From a virus, in the IMG/VR virus record IMGVR_UViG_3300032213_001850, positions 17,380 through 81,379 of that record: DNA of 64,000 bases. One strand, 5' to 3'. Positions 31,556-42,217 of the stretch are shown piece after piece. Numbering within the stretch: position 1 is the first letter of the stretch; every line of letters begins with the position of its first letter. Both the position numbers and the translations under genes were made by a program. Below the pieces are notes generated by a model, which had not been told where the DNA came from, ran no database searches, and saw only the letters and a list, made by a program, of their open reading frames with translations.

Positions 31556-32535
31556 TAGTTTTTATTACAACAGGTTACGGAAAAAATGTTATTGGGGGGG
31601 CCGATTTATGGTGCAATAACTTTATTGAAAATGTTTTACCATTAGTCAAAGAAGATTACAAAATTATAATTGATGGTAGACCTTTGATTAGAGAAATTGA
31701 TGCAATATACACTTTTGGAAACGAAAAAGAAGTTGATAAAATATTAGACGAATGTGATAAGATTATTTTCTTACACCATTCTTACAAACAAAATCCTATC
31801 ATTAAAAACTATTTACACAAAACTTATCTTACATTTGTCCATGCTTTTATTCCTGACATGTTGGGTTTAAATTCTGATTATGAAAATATAATGACAAAAG
31901 TTGATTGGGAATGGCAAAAAGAAATATTAGATAATTCCGACAATATAGTTTGGATAGGTTATGAAAAAGATTCGATACATAAACAATATCCTAAAACAAA
32001 AACTATCACAAATTATTATGAGTGGAAACATAATAAACCATTTACAGGAATAATAACTAATAAAATTGGATATGCTGCAAGATGTGAGACCAGAAAGAAT
32101 GCACACTATTTAGATTATATTCCATCGATTATCTTTTCAAACAAATACGATTACAAAAGAATGTTGGAGGGGTCAAAAACCAATTCCGACTATCATAGGT
32201 TTATGGAATTTGATTATACATTTCATAATAAATTTTTTGAAGGTAATTTTCAAATATTTCATGGATGTTATACAAAAGAACCATTTGGATATGCAATTTT
32301 CGATGCAGTTGATAATGGTAAAGTTCCAATCATACATACCGATTGGATGACACATATTGATTACAAATATAGAGCAAGTAGTAAAGGAGAATTTCATCAA
32401 AGATATTTAGAAATACAAGAAGATAGTTTTGAAAAAATAAATTTAGAATTTTGTAAATTAAGAGACGGATTAACAAAATATACAAATAAACAAAATTGGA
32501 TTAAAAAAATATGCAGTTACTTAATCAAAAATTAA
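31552..32535 (+). CDS. Glycosyltransferase, GT-B fold (GT4-like)
   Basis: N-terminal GG loop, YAARCETRKN, EPFGYAIFDAVDNGKVPI (E-x7-E-like). Confidence 0.7.
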   Translation: MIVFITTGYGKNVIGGADLWCNNFIENVLPLVKEDYKIIIDGRPLIREIDAIYTFGNEKEVDKILDECDKIIFLHHSYKQNPIIKNYLHKTYLTFVHAFIPDMLGLNSDYENIMTKVDWEWQKEILDNSDNIVWIGYEKDSIHKQYPKTKTITNYYEWKHNKPFTGIITNKIGYAARCETRKNAHYLDYIPSIIFSNKYDYKRMLEGSKTNSDYHRFMEFDYTFHNKFFEGNFQIFHGCYTKEPFGYAIFDAVDNGKVPIIHTDWMTHIDYKYRASSKGEFHQRYLEIQEDSFEKINLEFCKLRDGLTKYTNKQNWIKKICSYLIKN

Positions 32536-33266
32536 TAAAAGAATATCTTACCAACAATCACACCATTGATGAAAACGGAAACATGATTTTGGAACCAGTA
32601 AAATATCGTTGGTCACATGGTGCAACCGATTTACACTTAGGAGATGGATTGCTGATATATTCACTCATAATGTTTAATAGAGCAAAGATATGTGTATGTA
32701 TTGGGTCAGGAGGTGGATTTATACCACGTCTTATGACACAAGCTAGAAAAGATTTATGGGAACAAAAGATATTTGAAGGAAATCCACAACAAGAATGGGG
32801 AGATATTGGAACTACAATTATAGTGGATGCTGCAAATGGTATTGGGGGACATACTGATTGGTTAAATGAAGATTCTTTTTTAAGATATCATTTTACACCA
32901 CAAATAATTTTAGAAACATCGGAAAAATCATTTTATGATTATTTTGTAAGACAAGATATTAAAATAGATTATTTGCATATCGATGGTGACCATTCTTATG
33001 AGGGAGTTAAAAAAGATTTTGAATTATATTCAACAATTATGTCTGAAAATTCAATTATTACTATTCATGATAGTGACCAAAATTACCATGATACACTTAT
33101 AGTTACTGAAAATTCTAAAAAAGATTTTGTTCCTTTTGAAGGGCCTGCAAGGTTTATTAAAGATTTAGAAAAAAATGAGGATTGGAATTTGGTAAATTTA
33201 AAAAATTTCCGTATGTTTGATAAAAAAGTTACAAGTACAGGTTTAACACTGTTAACTAGAAAATAA
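32511..33266 (+). CDS. Class I SAM methyltransferase (Methyltransf_24-like)
   Basis: CIGSGGG, IDYLHIDGDHSYEGVKKDF, IITIHD. Confidence 0.85.
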   Translation: MQLLNQKLIKEYLTNNHTIDENGNMILEPVKYRWSHGATDLHLGDGLLIYSLIMFNRAKICVCIGSGGGFIPRLMTQARKDLWEQKIFEGNPQQEWGDIGTTIIVDAANGIGGHTDWLNEDSFLRYHFTPQIILETSEKSFYDYFVRQDIKIDYLHIDGDHSYEGVKKDFELYSTIMSENSIITIHDSDQNYHDTLIVTENSKKDFVPFEGPARFIKDLEKNEDWNLVNLKNFRMFDKKVTSTGLTLLTRK

Positions 33267-33275
33267 AAAAACTAA

Positions 33276-34118
33276 ATGAAAAAAACAAGATTAGTAACAG
33301 TTACAGGTTCAAGAACATTAACACTTTGGCATATGTTAAATCATTATAAAAATATGGTGGATGAAATGTATGTCGTAGTTTATGAGTGGGATGGTACAAA
33401 TATTTTAAAAGAAGTTGGTAGAATATTAGAAAATTTTCCAACTGCTAAGATTGTTAAAGTAGAAAGGAGGGAAAAGTTTAATTGGGAAGTTGTTACACAA
33501 TTATATAATGAAACTAAATTGATGCATCCTGATGATTGGTGGGTTGTTTCTGATGATGATGAATTTCATGTATATCAAATGCCTTTACCATTTATGATTG
33601 AAGATTGTGAAGAAAATAATTGGGATATGATAAGAGGTGGGTTTATTGATAGAATTGGTGAAGATGGTAGTTTTCCTGAAATACAACCATATAAAAATAT
33701 ATTTGAACAATTTCCACTTGCAGGATTTTTTAGATATCCATTATCAGGTGCTTGTCCTAATAAAGTGTGTGTTATGAAAGGATATGTTGAGATAACTCCT
33801 GGCCAACACTATGCTAAATTAAATGGTGAAACTACTTGGGGTTTGCAAGACAACAATAAATTAATAGCACCTATTGATAGATATTCTACTCAGGTCCACC
33901 ATTTTAAATGGGATAGTACGTGTATAGAAAGAATTAAAGCTGTAGCAGATATTAAAAAAGATTATGCATATTCAAAAGAATATCTAAAAATGTATCAAGC
34001 AATTAGAAGTAATAATTTTCAAATTGATATTACTAATCCGGAATTTATGATGGAGAATATAGGTGAAGGAGAATATTCTCAATGGAAAAATCTTTTTGCA
34101 AAAATTGTTACAATATAG
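33276..34118 (+). CDS. Glycosyltransferase, GT-A fold (GT2-like)
   Basis: HMLNHY, WWVVSDDDEF (DxD), GGFIDR, GQH, VHHFKW. Confidence 0.7.
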   Translation: MKKTRLVTVTGSRTLTLWHMLNHYKNMVDEMYVVVYEWDGTNILKEVGRILENFPTAKIVKVERREKFNWEVVTQLYNETKLMHPDDWWVVSDDDEFHVYQMPLPFMIEDCEENNWDMIRGGFIDRIGEDGSFPEIQPYKNIFEQFPLAGFFRYPLSGACPNKVCVMKGYVEITPGQHYAKLNGETTWGLQDNNKLIAPIDRYSTQVHHFKWDSTCIERIKAVADIKKDYAYSKEYLKMYQAIRSNNFQIDITNPEFMMENIGEGEYSQWKNLFAKIVTI

Positions 34119-34150
34119 TTTGGTAATTTGAATAAAAAATCATATATTTA
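34119..34150 (+). promoter_or_regulatory. Bacteroidota-type housekeeping promoter
   Basis: TTTG 34119-22, 20-nt spacer, TATATTTA 34143-50. Confidence 0.65.
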
Positions 34151-34165
34151 AAAAAATAAGTTATT

Positions 34166-34381
34166 ATGGCAAAAACAACAACAAAAACAGAAACAACGGC
34201 AACTAATCAAAATGAATTATTTTTATTAGAACAAAGAAAAGTAAAAGCTTTAGAAAAAATAGGCAATTCTTTGGATGCTTTAGTTATTTGGTTTGAAGAA
34301 ATTAATAAAGATGAGTGGAGTGAAAGAACTCAATATTATTTATCCGAATTCCATAGAAAGATTATAAATAATGAGGATTAG
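34166..34381 (+). CDS. Small hypothetical protein
   Basis: 71-aa ORF directly after the promoter. Confidence 0.6.
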   Translation: MAKTTTKTETTATNQNELFLLEQRKVKALEKIGNSLDALVIWFEEINKDEWSERTQYYLSEFHRKIINNED

Positions 34382-35789
34382 TCCATATAGATTGGGAGTA
34401 ATAGTACCTTACAGAAATCGTTATGAACATTTAGAAAGATTTAAAACGGTAATGACTACCTATTTAGATTATCTAAAAATAAAATACGAATTGATTATTG
34501 TCGAGCAAGATGATGCAAAACAATTTAATAGAGGTATGTTATTAAACATTGGTTTTAAAATTGCAAAAGAAAAAAAATGTCACTATGTTGTATTTCACGA
34601 TGTAGATATGCTTCCGGTTGGTGTTGATTATTCTTATTCGGAAATTCCATTACATTTATCAACAAACTTTATTACGGAACCTGGTGAAAAAGAAAGAATT
34701 TTATTTGATACTTACTTTGGAGGTGTTACATTATTTCCTGTAAAAGATTTCGAAGAAATTGATGGATATTCTAATAAATACTGGGGATGGGGATATGAAG
34801 ATGATGATTTACTATTTAGATGTAAGGAAAAAATGATTCCATTAAATACACTAAAAATTAAAAATTTGGGTAAAAAAGGAAAAGCATTAAAATTTAATGG
34901 AATAAATTCATATGTTAAATCTAAAAATATAATTGATTTTAATTCAAATTTTACAATTTTTGTATCGTTTTATCCCGATGAATTAGAGTTAAATTATTTA
35001 AAAGAATGGGACGAGTTTACTATATTCAGTATACCTGGATATGATTTTGCAATTAGTTATAGTTCTTTTAAAAGATATAATTTTTGTACATTTGACAATA
35101 AAAAAAATGCATTATATGTTAATTCAAATATAAAAACAAATTATAAAACAAACTTTACAATTACATCGGATATAAAATCAAAAACGTTCAAAGTATATCA
35201 GGATGGAAAATTCATAGGAGAAACAAATTCATATAAAAAGTTATATAATTATTCCGAACAACCGAATTTTTATTTAGGTGTAGGTAATCCGGAAAGAGAA
35301 GGTGACGAAAGATTTTTTAAAGGACATATGGATTCATTTGCTTATTATGATTCTTTATTATCAGATGAACAAATTTTAGAAATATCAACTACTCAAGAAA
35401 ATTTTAGAAAATTAGAATCCAATTTTAATTTAAAAACTTATTATAATGCAAATGATATGATTGATTATAAATTAAAAGATTTATCAAGAAATAAAAATAT
35501 TGGAGAAATATTTGGATGTGAAATAGTTGATTTGGATTTTGATGAATATACTGAAATACAAATACCACATAGAAGACCATCTACATTTCATTCTTTAAAA
35601 CACGAAGAAAATGGATTTGTTACCAATAGTTGGAAAGATAAAGCAACAAGATGGAATCAATTAAGATTTGAAAATGAAGTAACAAAACATTCATCATTAA
35701 TAACAAGAGATGGAATTTCTACATTAGATTATGCTGTTCATGGTATTGTAGAAAACGGAAAAATAACACAAGTAAATGTAGCAATATAA
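34371..35789 (+). CDS. GT7 (beta-1,4-galactosyltransferase-like) with inserted LamG/ConA domain
   Basis: VPYRNR, FNRGMLLN, FHDVDMLP, YFGGV, SNKYWGWGYEDDD; LamG insert ALKFNG...FFKGHMD..YYD..LS; GT7 tail LKH...RDGISTL. Confidence 0.88.
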   Translation: MRISPYRLGVIVPYRNRYEHLERFKTVMTTYLDYLKIKYELIIVEQDDAKQFNRGMLLNIGFKIAKEKKCHYVVFHDVDMLPVGVDYSYSEIPLHLSTNFITEPGEKERILFDTYFGGVTLFPVKDFEEIDGYSNKYWGWGYEDDDLLFRCKEKMIPLNTLKIKNLGKKGKALKFNGINSYVKSKNIIDFNSNFTIFVSFYPDELELNYLKEWDEFTIFSIPGYDFAISYSSFKRYNFCTFDNKKNALYVNSNIKTNYKTNFTITSDIKSKTFKVYQDGKFIGETNSYKKLYNYSEQPNFYLGVGNPEREGDERFFKGHMDSFAYYDSLLSDEQILEISTTQENFRKLESNFNLKTYYNANDMIDYKLKDLSRNKNIGEIFGCEIVDLDFDEYTEIQIPHRRPSTFHSLKHEENGFVTNSWKDKATRWNQLRFENEVTKHSSLITRDGISTLDYAVHGIVENGKITQVNVAI

Positions 35790-37192
35790 TGAAATTAGGA
35801 GTTTGTGTCCCATATCGTAACAGAGAAGAGCATATGAATATATTTGTTCCTCATGTATCAAAGTTCTTAGAAGAAAGAGGAATTGAACACACAATATATC
35901 TTGCACACCAATGTGACGATAAATTATTCAATAGAGGTTTAATGAAAAACATTGCAGCAAAGTATGCATTTGACGATGGGTGTGATTATATAGTATGGCA
36001 CGATATTGATATGGTTCCTGAAGATGATAGTTGTGATTATTCATTTCCAAAAGATAATCCACAACACATAGCAGTTCGAATTTCACAATCTGATTATCAA
36101 TTAAAATATGAGGAATACTTTGGAGGTGCAGTTGTATTCTCAAAAGAACAAGTTGAAAAAACAAATGGTTATTCAAATGATTATTGGGATTGGGGTATGG
36201 AAGATGATGATTTGTTTTGGAGATGTGTAATGGAGGGATATGCAGAAAAAACTAAATTGGATTATAATGTAGAAAAATTTGTAGGATACTTTAATGGTAC
36301 GGATGCAAAGATAAGTTATAAACCTTCTAGAGAACAAAAAGATTGTTTACATGAATCACATACGGTATCAATATTGGTAAAATCAGACCAACAAATAGAA
36401 AAAGCACCAATTTGGTTAATAGGTGACGCCGATAGACAATTTATAGAATACCCAATATTCAGAAAACCTGGTTATGATTGGGGATTATCTTTTAATAATA
36501 GTAGAGCATATACAATGCAACTTTGGGATAGAATGCGAAATCATTTATATCAATGGATTAAACGATATGAAAATCAATGGAGTTGGATAACAATGGCCGT
36601 TGATGCTGAGAATAAAAAAATACATTTCTATCTAAATGGTAGAGAAAGTGATGCAAGATTAGGAACAGGTACACAATCACCATTGAAATATGATGAATCT
36701 TTAAAAAGATATGCAATGGAACCATTCAATATTGGTTATTCTAAATCTCCTGTTGAAATATTTTTTAAAGGATACATTTCTGATATTAAAATGTGGAATA
36801 GATACTTAACTGCAAATGAAATAAAAAATTTACACAAGAAAACTCCACAAGAAAATTTGATATTAGATTTTGACTTTGACAATGAAGTAGATAATTTAGA
36901 AAATGTAGAAATTTTAAAAGAAAAAATAGAAATACCACATACAATATTACCTTATAGAAAAGATGGTAAATTTTTATGTTTACCACATCAAACTGAGGGA
37001 TTGATTAACGAAGGCGGAATTGATAAATGGGCAAAAGGTAAAACAACGGCAGAAAATGAAAGAAGATATGTGCTTCAAATGCAACAAGGTAAAATAAATT
37101 ATAAAAAAGATGGAATCAATAGTATGAAATACGAATTTATTTCAATAGACACTATTTATAATAAGCACAAAATGATAAATGTAAAAGCATAG
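35789..37192 (+). CDS. Second GT7 with inserted LamG/ConA domain
   Basis: VPYRNR, FNRGLMKN, WHDIDMVP, YFGGA, SNDYWDWGMEDDD; insert YFNG...FYLNG...FFKGYISDIKMWNRYLT; tail LPH...KDGINSM. Confidence 0.88.
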   Translation: MKLGVCVPYRNREEHMNIFVPHVSKFLEERGIEHTIYLAHQCDDKLFNRGLMKNIAAKYAFDDGCDYIVWHDIDMVPEDDSCDYSFPKDNPQHIAVRISQSDYQLKYEEYFGGAVVFSKEQVEKTNGYSNDYWDWGMEDDDLFWRCVMEGYAEKTKLDYNVEKFVGYFNGTDAKISYKPSREQKDCLHESHTVSILVKSDQQIEKAPIWLIGDADRQFIEYPIFRKPGYDWGLSFNNSRAYTMQLWDRMRNHLYQWIKRYENQWSWITMAVDAENKKIHFYLNGRESDARLGTGTQSPLKYDESLKRYAMEPFNIGYSKSPVEIFFKGYISDIKMWNRYLTANEIKNLHKKTPQENLILDFDFDNEVDNLENVEILKEKIEIPHTILPYRKDGKFLCLPHQTEGLINEGGIDKWAKGKTTAENERRYVLQMQQGKINYKKDGINSMKYEFISIDTIYNKHKMINVKA

Positions 37193-37194
37193 TT

Positions 37195-38595
37195 ATGGCA
37201 TATAAAAAACCTCTTTACGAAGATGTAAAGAATACTTTGGATGGAGTTGGTAAAGGGATGTGTTTGGCAAAATGGACACAAGTAACAGCCCACTTACACA
37301 CAGGACACAATCATAGTTGTCACCACCCAAATACACATAAAATATCAGAACAAGAAATTAAAAGAAACCCATCTGCAATTCATAACACTTTGTTTAAAAA
37401 ACAGAGAAGAAAAGAAATGATGAATGGTGCAAGACCTACTGAATGTGATTATTGTTGGGGTGTAGAAGATAATTCCGATTTATATTCTGATAGAGTTTTT
37501 AAATCATCCGAAGATTGGAGTTGGCCATTGGCAGACCAAATTATTAATTCAAATTGGAGAGATGATTTTAACCCACGTTATGTGGAAGTTGCATTCTCTA
37601 ATACTTGTAATTTTAAATGCTCTTATTGTTCACCAACATTCTCTACAACTTGGATGGATGAGATTCAACAATTTGGTGGTTATAATACAACTGACCATTT
37701 TAATGATTTGAAACACCTTGCTGCGGAACAAAAAATGCCAATACCAAATAGAGAACACAATCCATATGTAGAAGCATTTTGGAAATGGTGGCCGGATTTA
37801 TATAGGGATTTACACACATTTAGAATTACAGGTGGTGAACCATTATTATCAAAAGATACTTGGAAAGTATTGGATTATATTATTGATGAACCAAACCCAA
37901 ACAAAAATTTAGATTTTTCAATAAACACTAACTTAGGTGTACCTGATGAACTAATTACTAAATTAATTGAAAAATTAAAAAGAATTACTGAAGAAGATAA
38001 AGTAAAAGGATTTGTATTATTTACATCTTGTGATGCATGGGGTGAACAAGCTGAATACATTCGTAATGGTTTAGAGTTTCCTAGATTTTGGAATAATGTA
38101 AATAGAATTTTAAGAGAAGTTCCAAGAATCACTATTACATTTATGGTAACTTATAATATGTTATCTGTATTTAGTTTTGATAAATTAATTAAAGGTGTAT
38201 ATCAATTAAAAAATGATTATGCAGGAGACGATAGATATTGGTTATCACCGGTATTATTAGATACATCGTATTTAAGACACCCTCGTCATCAAACGGTTCA
38301 AATACTTCCACATCAATTTAAACAAAACATATTTGACCAAGCTCAGTTAGCATTCTATCATGGTATTCCATATTATTCAAAAGGATATGTTGGGTATTCC
38401 GATTTAGAAATTCAAAAACTAAAAAGAACATACGATTGGGCAATATCACCAATAAAAGATGAAGAATTACACAAAGCAAGATATAATTTTTATCAATTCT
38501 TTAGTGAACATGATAAAAGAAGAGGAACAAACTTTTGTAAAACATTCCCAGAATTAGAAGAATTTTATCATTTCACAAAAACAATACAGTTATAA
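37195..38595 (+). CDS. Radical SAM protein with N-terminal twitch/SPASM-like domain
   Basis: CNFKCSYC, ITGGEPLL, INTN; N-terminal CLAKW..HSCHH..ECDYCW. Confidence 0.88.
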   Translation: MAYKKPLYEDVKNTLDGVGKGMCLAKWTQVTAHLHTGHNHSCHHPNTHKISEQEIKRNPSAIHNTLFKKQRRKEMMNGARPTECDYCWGVEDNSDLYSDRVFKSSEDWSWPLADQIINSNWRDDFNPRYVEVAFSNTCNFKCSYCSPTFSTTWMDEIQQFGGYNTTDHFNDLKHLAAEQKMPIPNREHNPYVEAFWKWWPDLYRDLHTFRITGGEPLLSKDTWKVLDYIIDEPNPNKNLDFSINTNLGVPDELITKLIEKLKRITEEDKVKGFVLFTSCDAWGEQAEYIRNGLEFPRFWNNVNRILREVPRITITFMVTYNMLSVFSFDKLIKGVYQLKNDYAGDDRYWLSPVLLDTSYLRHPRHQTVQILPHQFKQNIFDQAQLAFYHGIPYYSKGYVGYSDLEIQKLKRTYDWAISPIKDEELHKARYNFYQFFSEHDKRRGTNFCKTFPELEEFYHFTKTIQL

Positions 38596-38596
38596 T

Positions 38597-39331
38597 ATGC
38601 ACAAAATAGAACATAAAAAACCTTTAATAATGGCAGATTTGCCATGGTGGCCACATAATGCATATGGTATTATAGATACCGCTGCATTCTATGTTATGAA
38701 TGAAAATGATTGGACAATAAGTGGTACATGGAAAAGAAGTGAGAATTCCGATAATGCCGACGAAATGGCAGGTATTTTTATTCGTAGGGGATTACATACG
38801 GGTATTGTTTATAGAAAACCTGATATGATTATGATAAATTTTTGGTATATTGAAAACGATGAAGAAAAATATGCCGATAGAATTTTATTTTACAAAGACC
38901 AAAAGTTTTGGGATAAACCACATTTATTTACATTAAATTGGGATTCTAAAACATTTACATATGAATTATGGATTGATAATGAAATGGTTAATACCGAAAC
39001 ATTGGGTGGTAAATTGAGAGATTATGTAAATTCACCATATTTTATTGGAGCGGCAGATACAAAAGGAGAATTCAGTTGGGCCCAAGAATGTTATACGGAT
39101 TTCTTTATGGTATCTAAGAAAAAATTAGATGGTAAAACTTGCAACAATTTTAGAAGAAATATAAAAAAATATACAAAACCAAATAAATATGGGTTTAATA
39201 TAGTTGATAAAGAACCATTAGGATTATTGGCATGTTTTGATTTCCAAAACGAAACACCATATAAATTTTGGGATGTAACGGGAAATAATAATCATTTAAT
39301 GAAACATTGTAAAGCCTTAGAAATGTTATAA
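38597..39331 (+). CDS. Stand-alone LamG/ConA-like domain protein
   Basis: WTISGTW, YELWIDNE, YFIGA, FDF..WDVTGNNNH. Confidence 0.55.
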   Translation: MHKIEHKKPLIMADLPWWPHNAYGIIDTAAFYVMNENDWTISGTWKRSENSDNADEMAGIFIRRGLHTGIVYRKPDMIMINFWYIENDEEKYADRILFYKDQKFWDKPHLFTLNWDSKTFTYELWIDNEMVNTETLGGKLRDYVNSPYFIGAADTKGEFSWAQECYTDFFMVSKKKLDGKTCNNFRRNIKKYTKPNKYGFNIVDKEPLGLLACFDFQNETPYKFWDVTGNNNHLMKHCKALEML

Positions 39332-39332
39332 T

Positions 39333-40304
39333 ATGAAAATACTAATTACAGGAGGAGCTGGTTATCTTGGTTCGGTTATAACCGGCCATATGTTAAAAGA
39401 AGGTTATAAAGTAATTGTTTTGGATAAATTAATTTTTAACCAAACATCATTACTCCAATATACTTCAAATAATAATTTTAAATTTATTCATGGTGATGTG
39501 CGTAATGAAAAATTATTAGAAAAACTTTGCAATGAAGTGGATGTAATAATTCCTCTTGCTGCAATTGTAGGATTTCCTGCATGTGCATCTGAACCTGATT
39601 TGGCAAGAGAAATTAATTTCCAACAAATAGTAAACATAGTTAAATTTACAAACGGAAAAGGTAAAAAGATTTTATATCCAAATACAAATAGTGGATATGG
39701 TTTAAGTACAGGACAATTAGAATGTACCGAAGAATCACCACTAACTCCAATATCAGTTTATGGTACTACTAAATGTGAAGCTGAAAACTTTTTAAGAACT
39801 GCAACCGATTCAATTATATTTAGATTAGCAACTGTATTTGGTGTCTCACAAAGAATGAGAACAGATTTATTAATTAATGATTTTACTTATAAAGCAATTA
39901 CCGACAAATATATTGTTGTATTTGAAAAAACATTTAAAAGAAATTTTATTCATATAGAAGATGTTGCAAATGCATTTGTGTTTATGTTAAAAAATTATGA
40001 TAAATATAAAGGTGAAGTTTTCAATGTAGGATTAAGTGATGCAAATCTTTCAAAGCAAGAATTGCTCGAAAAAATACAGACACATGTAAAAGATTTTGCA
40101 GTAGTATATGATGATTATTATGAAGACCCGGATAAACGAAATTATATTGTATCTAATGAAAAAATAGAAGCAACTGGTTGGAAACCGGAATGGAATTTAG
40201 ATAGAGGTATTGAACAATTAATAATGGCTTACCAAATGATTGTACCAAAAATGGGTGCAGAATTTAGAAATGGATTTCCTTTGGGATACGCAAATCAAAC
40301 ATAG
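39333..40304 (+). CDS. NAD-dependent nucleotide-sugar epimerase/dehydratase (extended SDR)
   Basis: TGGAGYLG, LAAIVG, YGTTK (YxxxK), FRLATVFG. Confidence 0.92.
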   Translation: MKILITGGAGYLGSVITGHMLKEGYKVIVLDKLIFNQTSLLQYTSNNNFKFIHGDVRNEKLLEKLCNEVDVIIPLAAIVGFPACASEPDLAREINFQQIVNIVKFTNGKGKKILYPNTNSGYGLSTGQLECTEESPLTPISVYGTTKCEAENFLRTATDSIIFRLATVFGVSQRMRTDLLINDFTYKAITDKYIVVFEKTFKRNFIHIEDVANAFVFMLKNYDKYKGEVFNVGLSDANLSKQELLEKIQTHVKDFAVVYDDYYEDPDKRNYIVSNEKIEATGWKPEWNLDRGIEQLIMAYQMIVPKMGAEFRNGFPLGYANQT

Positions 40305-40305
40305 T

Positions 40306-40851
40306 ATGAGTAATAAATGGGATGAGTTTCAAATTACTCCATCAAAAAAATTTGGTTATGAAGTACCAACATATACTCCATCAATTTATAGAGAATATAG
40401 AGGTGAGATATTTACAACCTTTCATTCGGAGGAACATCCAGTAATGACACAAATACATTATGATAAAAGTGAGATTAGTATTCATGGTAGATTTTCAAAA
40501 TCATACAAAGGTGTATTAAGAGGATTACATTGGGATAGTAAAACGTGGAAATTAGTACAAGCTGCAGTGGGTGATATCTATTTAGTCGTTTTAGATATGA
40601 GACTAAACTCACCAACATCAGGAGAGTGGGAGTCTTTTATTATATCCGAAAGAAATAGAAATCAAGTATTAGTTCCACCAGGCTTTGCAAATGGACATTA
40701 CGCATTAACTGATTGTATGTTTCATTATAACTTATTTTACAAAGATGGTTATGTTGATGCAGATGAGCAAGGTGTAGTTAAATGGAATGACCCGGAATAT
40801 CAAATGGAATGGCCAACTACAAATCCAATACTACAAAAAAGAGATAGATAA
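40306..40851 (+). CDS. rmlC: dTDP-4-dehydrorhamnose 3,5-epimerase family
   Basis: RG.IF, SKSYKGVLRGLHW, KLV, VLDMR..SPT, VPPGFANGH, WNDP....WP; start moved to ATG 40306. Confidence 0.88.
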   Translation: MSNKWDEFQITPSKKFGYEVPTYTPSIYREYRGEIFTTFHSEEHPVMTQIHYDKSEISIHGRFSKSYKGVLRGLHWDSKTWKLVQAAVGDIYLVVLDMRLNSPTSGEWESFIISERNRNQVLVPPGFANGHYALTDCMFHYNLFYKDGYVDADEQGVVKWNDPEYQMEWPTTNPILQKRDR

Positions 40852-41582
40852 TGTATGATTTAATAATAGGTTTTGGTTGTTCTTTTATGGAAGGTGGAGG
40901 ACTTGATAATCCAGAAATTCATAAAAGAATAAATAAATTAAATAAAGTGGCAGAATTGGAAGATGCTATTATTTTTAAACATAAAAATAATTTTATTGCA
41001 TATTTGGGAGAAATTTATAAATGTGAATATATCAATTTAGCAGAATCTAGATGTCCAAATGATTTGATTTTTCAAAATATATACAATTATTTTAACAATA
41101 AAAAAATTGATAAAAAAATATTAATGGTCGGCCAAATTAGTTTATTTAGTCGTTTATATCTTTATTATGAAAAAACAAAAGAATATTTAAAATTAAATAG
41201 TTTAGATTTTAATTTACCACCATTTAATAGTGAAGATAGATATAAAGAATTATATCAATATTATCAAAATTATTTATCATATGTATACAATGAAAATTTG
41301 GTATATAATAAAATTATTAGAGATATTGTAACATACACAAAATGGTTAGAATCCATTGGAATTAGTTGTATTTGGTTGTCGTATGATGGAACACCACATC
41401 AATTTTCAGAATCAAAAAATTTTATAAAATTCAACGGAGATAATTTAGGTGCATGGATTGAAAAAAATAAATTAAGATTGTGTGATATTTCTGAATTAGA
41501 AACGGGAGATTTGCATATGTCAATTGAAGGGCATGAGTTGGTAGCAAAAAAAATATATGAACATTTAAATAAAAATATATGA
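40851..41582 (+). CDS. SGNH-fold hydrolase/acyltransferase-like protein
   Basis: FGCSFMEG, INLA, DLHMSIEGH. Confidence 0.65.
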   Translation: MYDLIIGFGCSFMEGGGLDNPEIHKRINKLNKVAELEDAIIFKHKNNFIAYLGEIYKCEYINLAESRCPNDLIFQNIYNYFNNKKIDKKILMVGQISLFSRLYLYYEKTKEYLKLNSLDFNLPPFNSEDRYKELYQYYQNYLSYVYNENLVYNKIIRDIVTYTKWLESIGISCIWLSYDGTPHQFSESKNFIKFNGDNLGAWIEKNKLRLCDISELETGDLHMSIEGHELVAKKIYEHLNKNI

Positions 41583-42217
41583 TAAAAAATTTAGAACAAT
41601 ATCCAATAGTAAGAACTGAGACCGAAATTGGTTGGACACCGGAAAAATTAATCAGATTTGAAAATAGAATAGTAGAACATTGGGAAAATGCAAAAATCAC
41701 AGGCCCTATACACTTATCAAATGGTAATGAAGAACAATTGATTGAAATATTCAAAAGAGTTTCTGAAAATGATTGGGTATTCAGTACTTGGCGTTCACAC
41801 TACCATTGGTTGTTAAAAGGAATATCGTCCGATTATGCAGAGGAACTTATTTTGCAAGGTAAATCTATTACTTTATGTGATATAGACCATAAATTCTATG
41901 CTTCTGCAATTGTAGGAGGTACTCTATCAATTGCATTGGGAGTTGCAATGGGAATTAAGCAAAAAGGAACTGACGAAAAAGTATTTGTATTCATTGGTGA
42001 TATGTCATTTGAAAGTGGTATATTTTATGAAGTTCATAAATATGCAAGAAACTTTGACTTACCAATTGTATTTGTTGTAGAAGATAATGATGTTTCAACT
42101 TATACACCAACCGAAGCAACTTGGAATACAAAAAGAGAAATCCCATCGGATGTAATTCATTATACATATAAATCAAAATTCCCACATTATGGAACTGGAA
42201 AGTGGATTGCCTTTTAA
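41579..42217 (+). CDS. Short TPP-dependent E1 alpha-like subunit
   Basis: PIHLS.GNE, STWRSHYH, AIVGG, GDMSFESG...EDN TPP-binding motif; only 212 aa. Confidence 0.85.
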   Translation: MIKNLEQYPIVRTETEIGWTPEKLIRFENRIVEHWENAKITGPIHLSNGNEEQLIEIFKRVSENDWVFSTWRSHYHWLLKGISSDYAEELILQGKSITLCDIDHKFYASAIVGGTLSIALGVAMGIKQKGTDEKVFVFIGDMSFESGIFYEVHKYARNFDLPIVFVVEDNDVSTYTPTEATWNTKREIPSDVIHYTYKSKFPHYGTGKWIAF

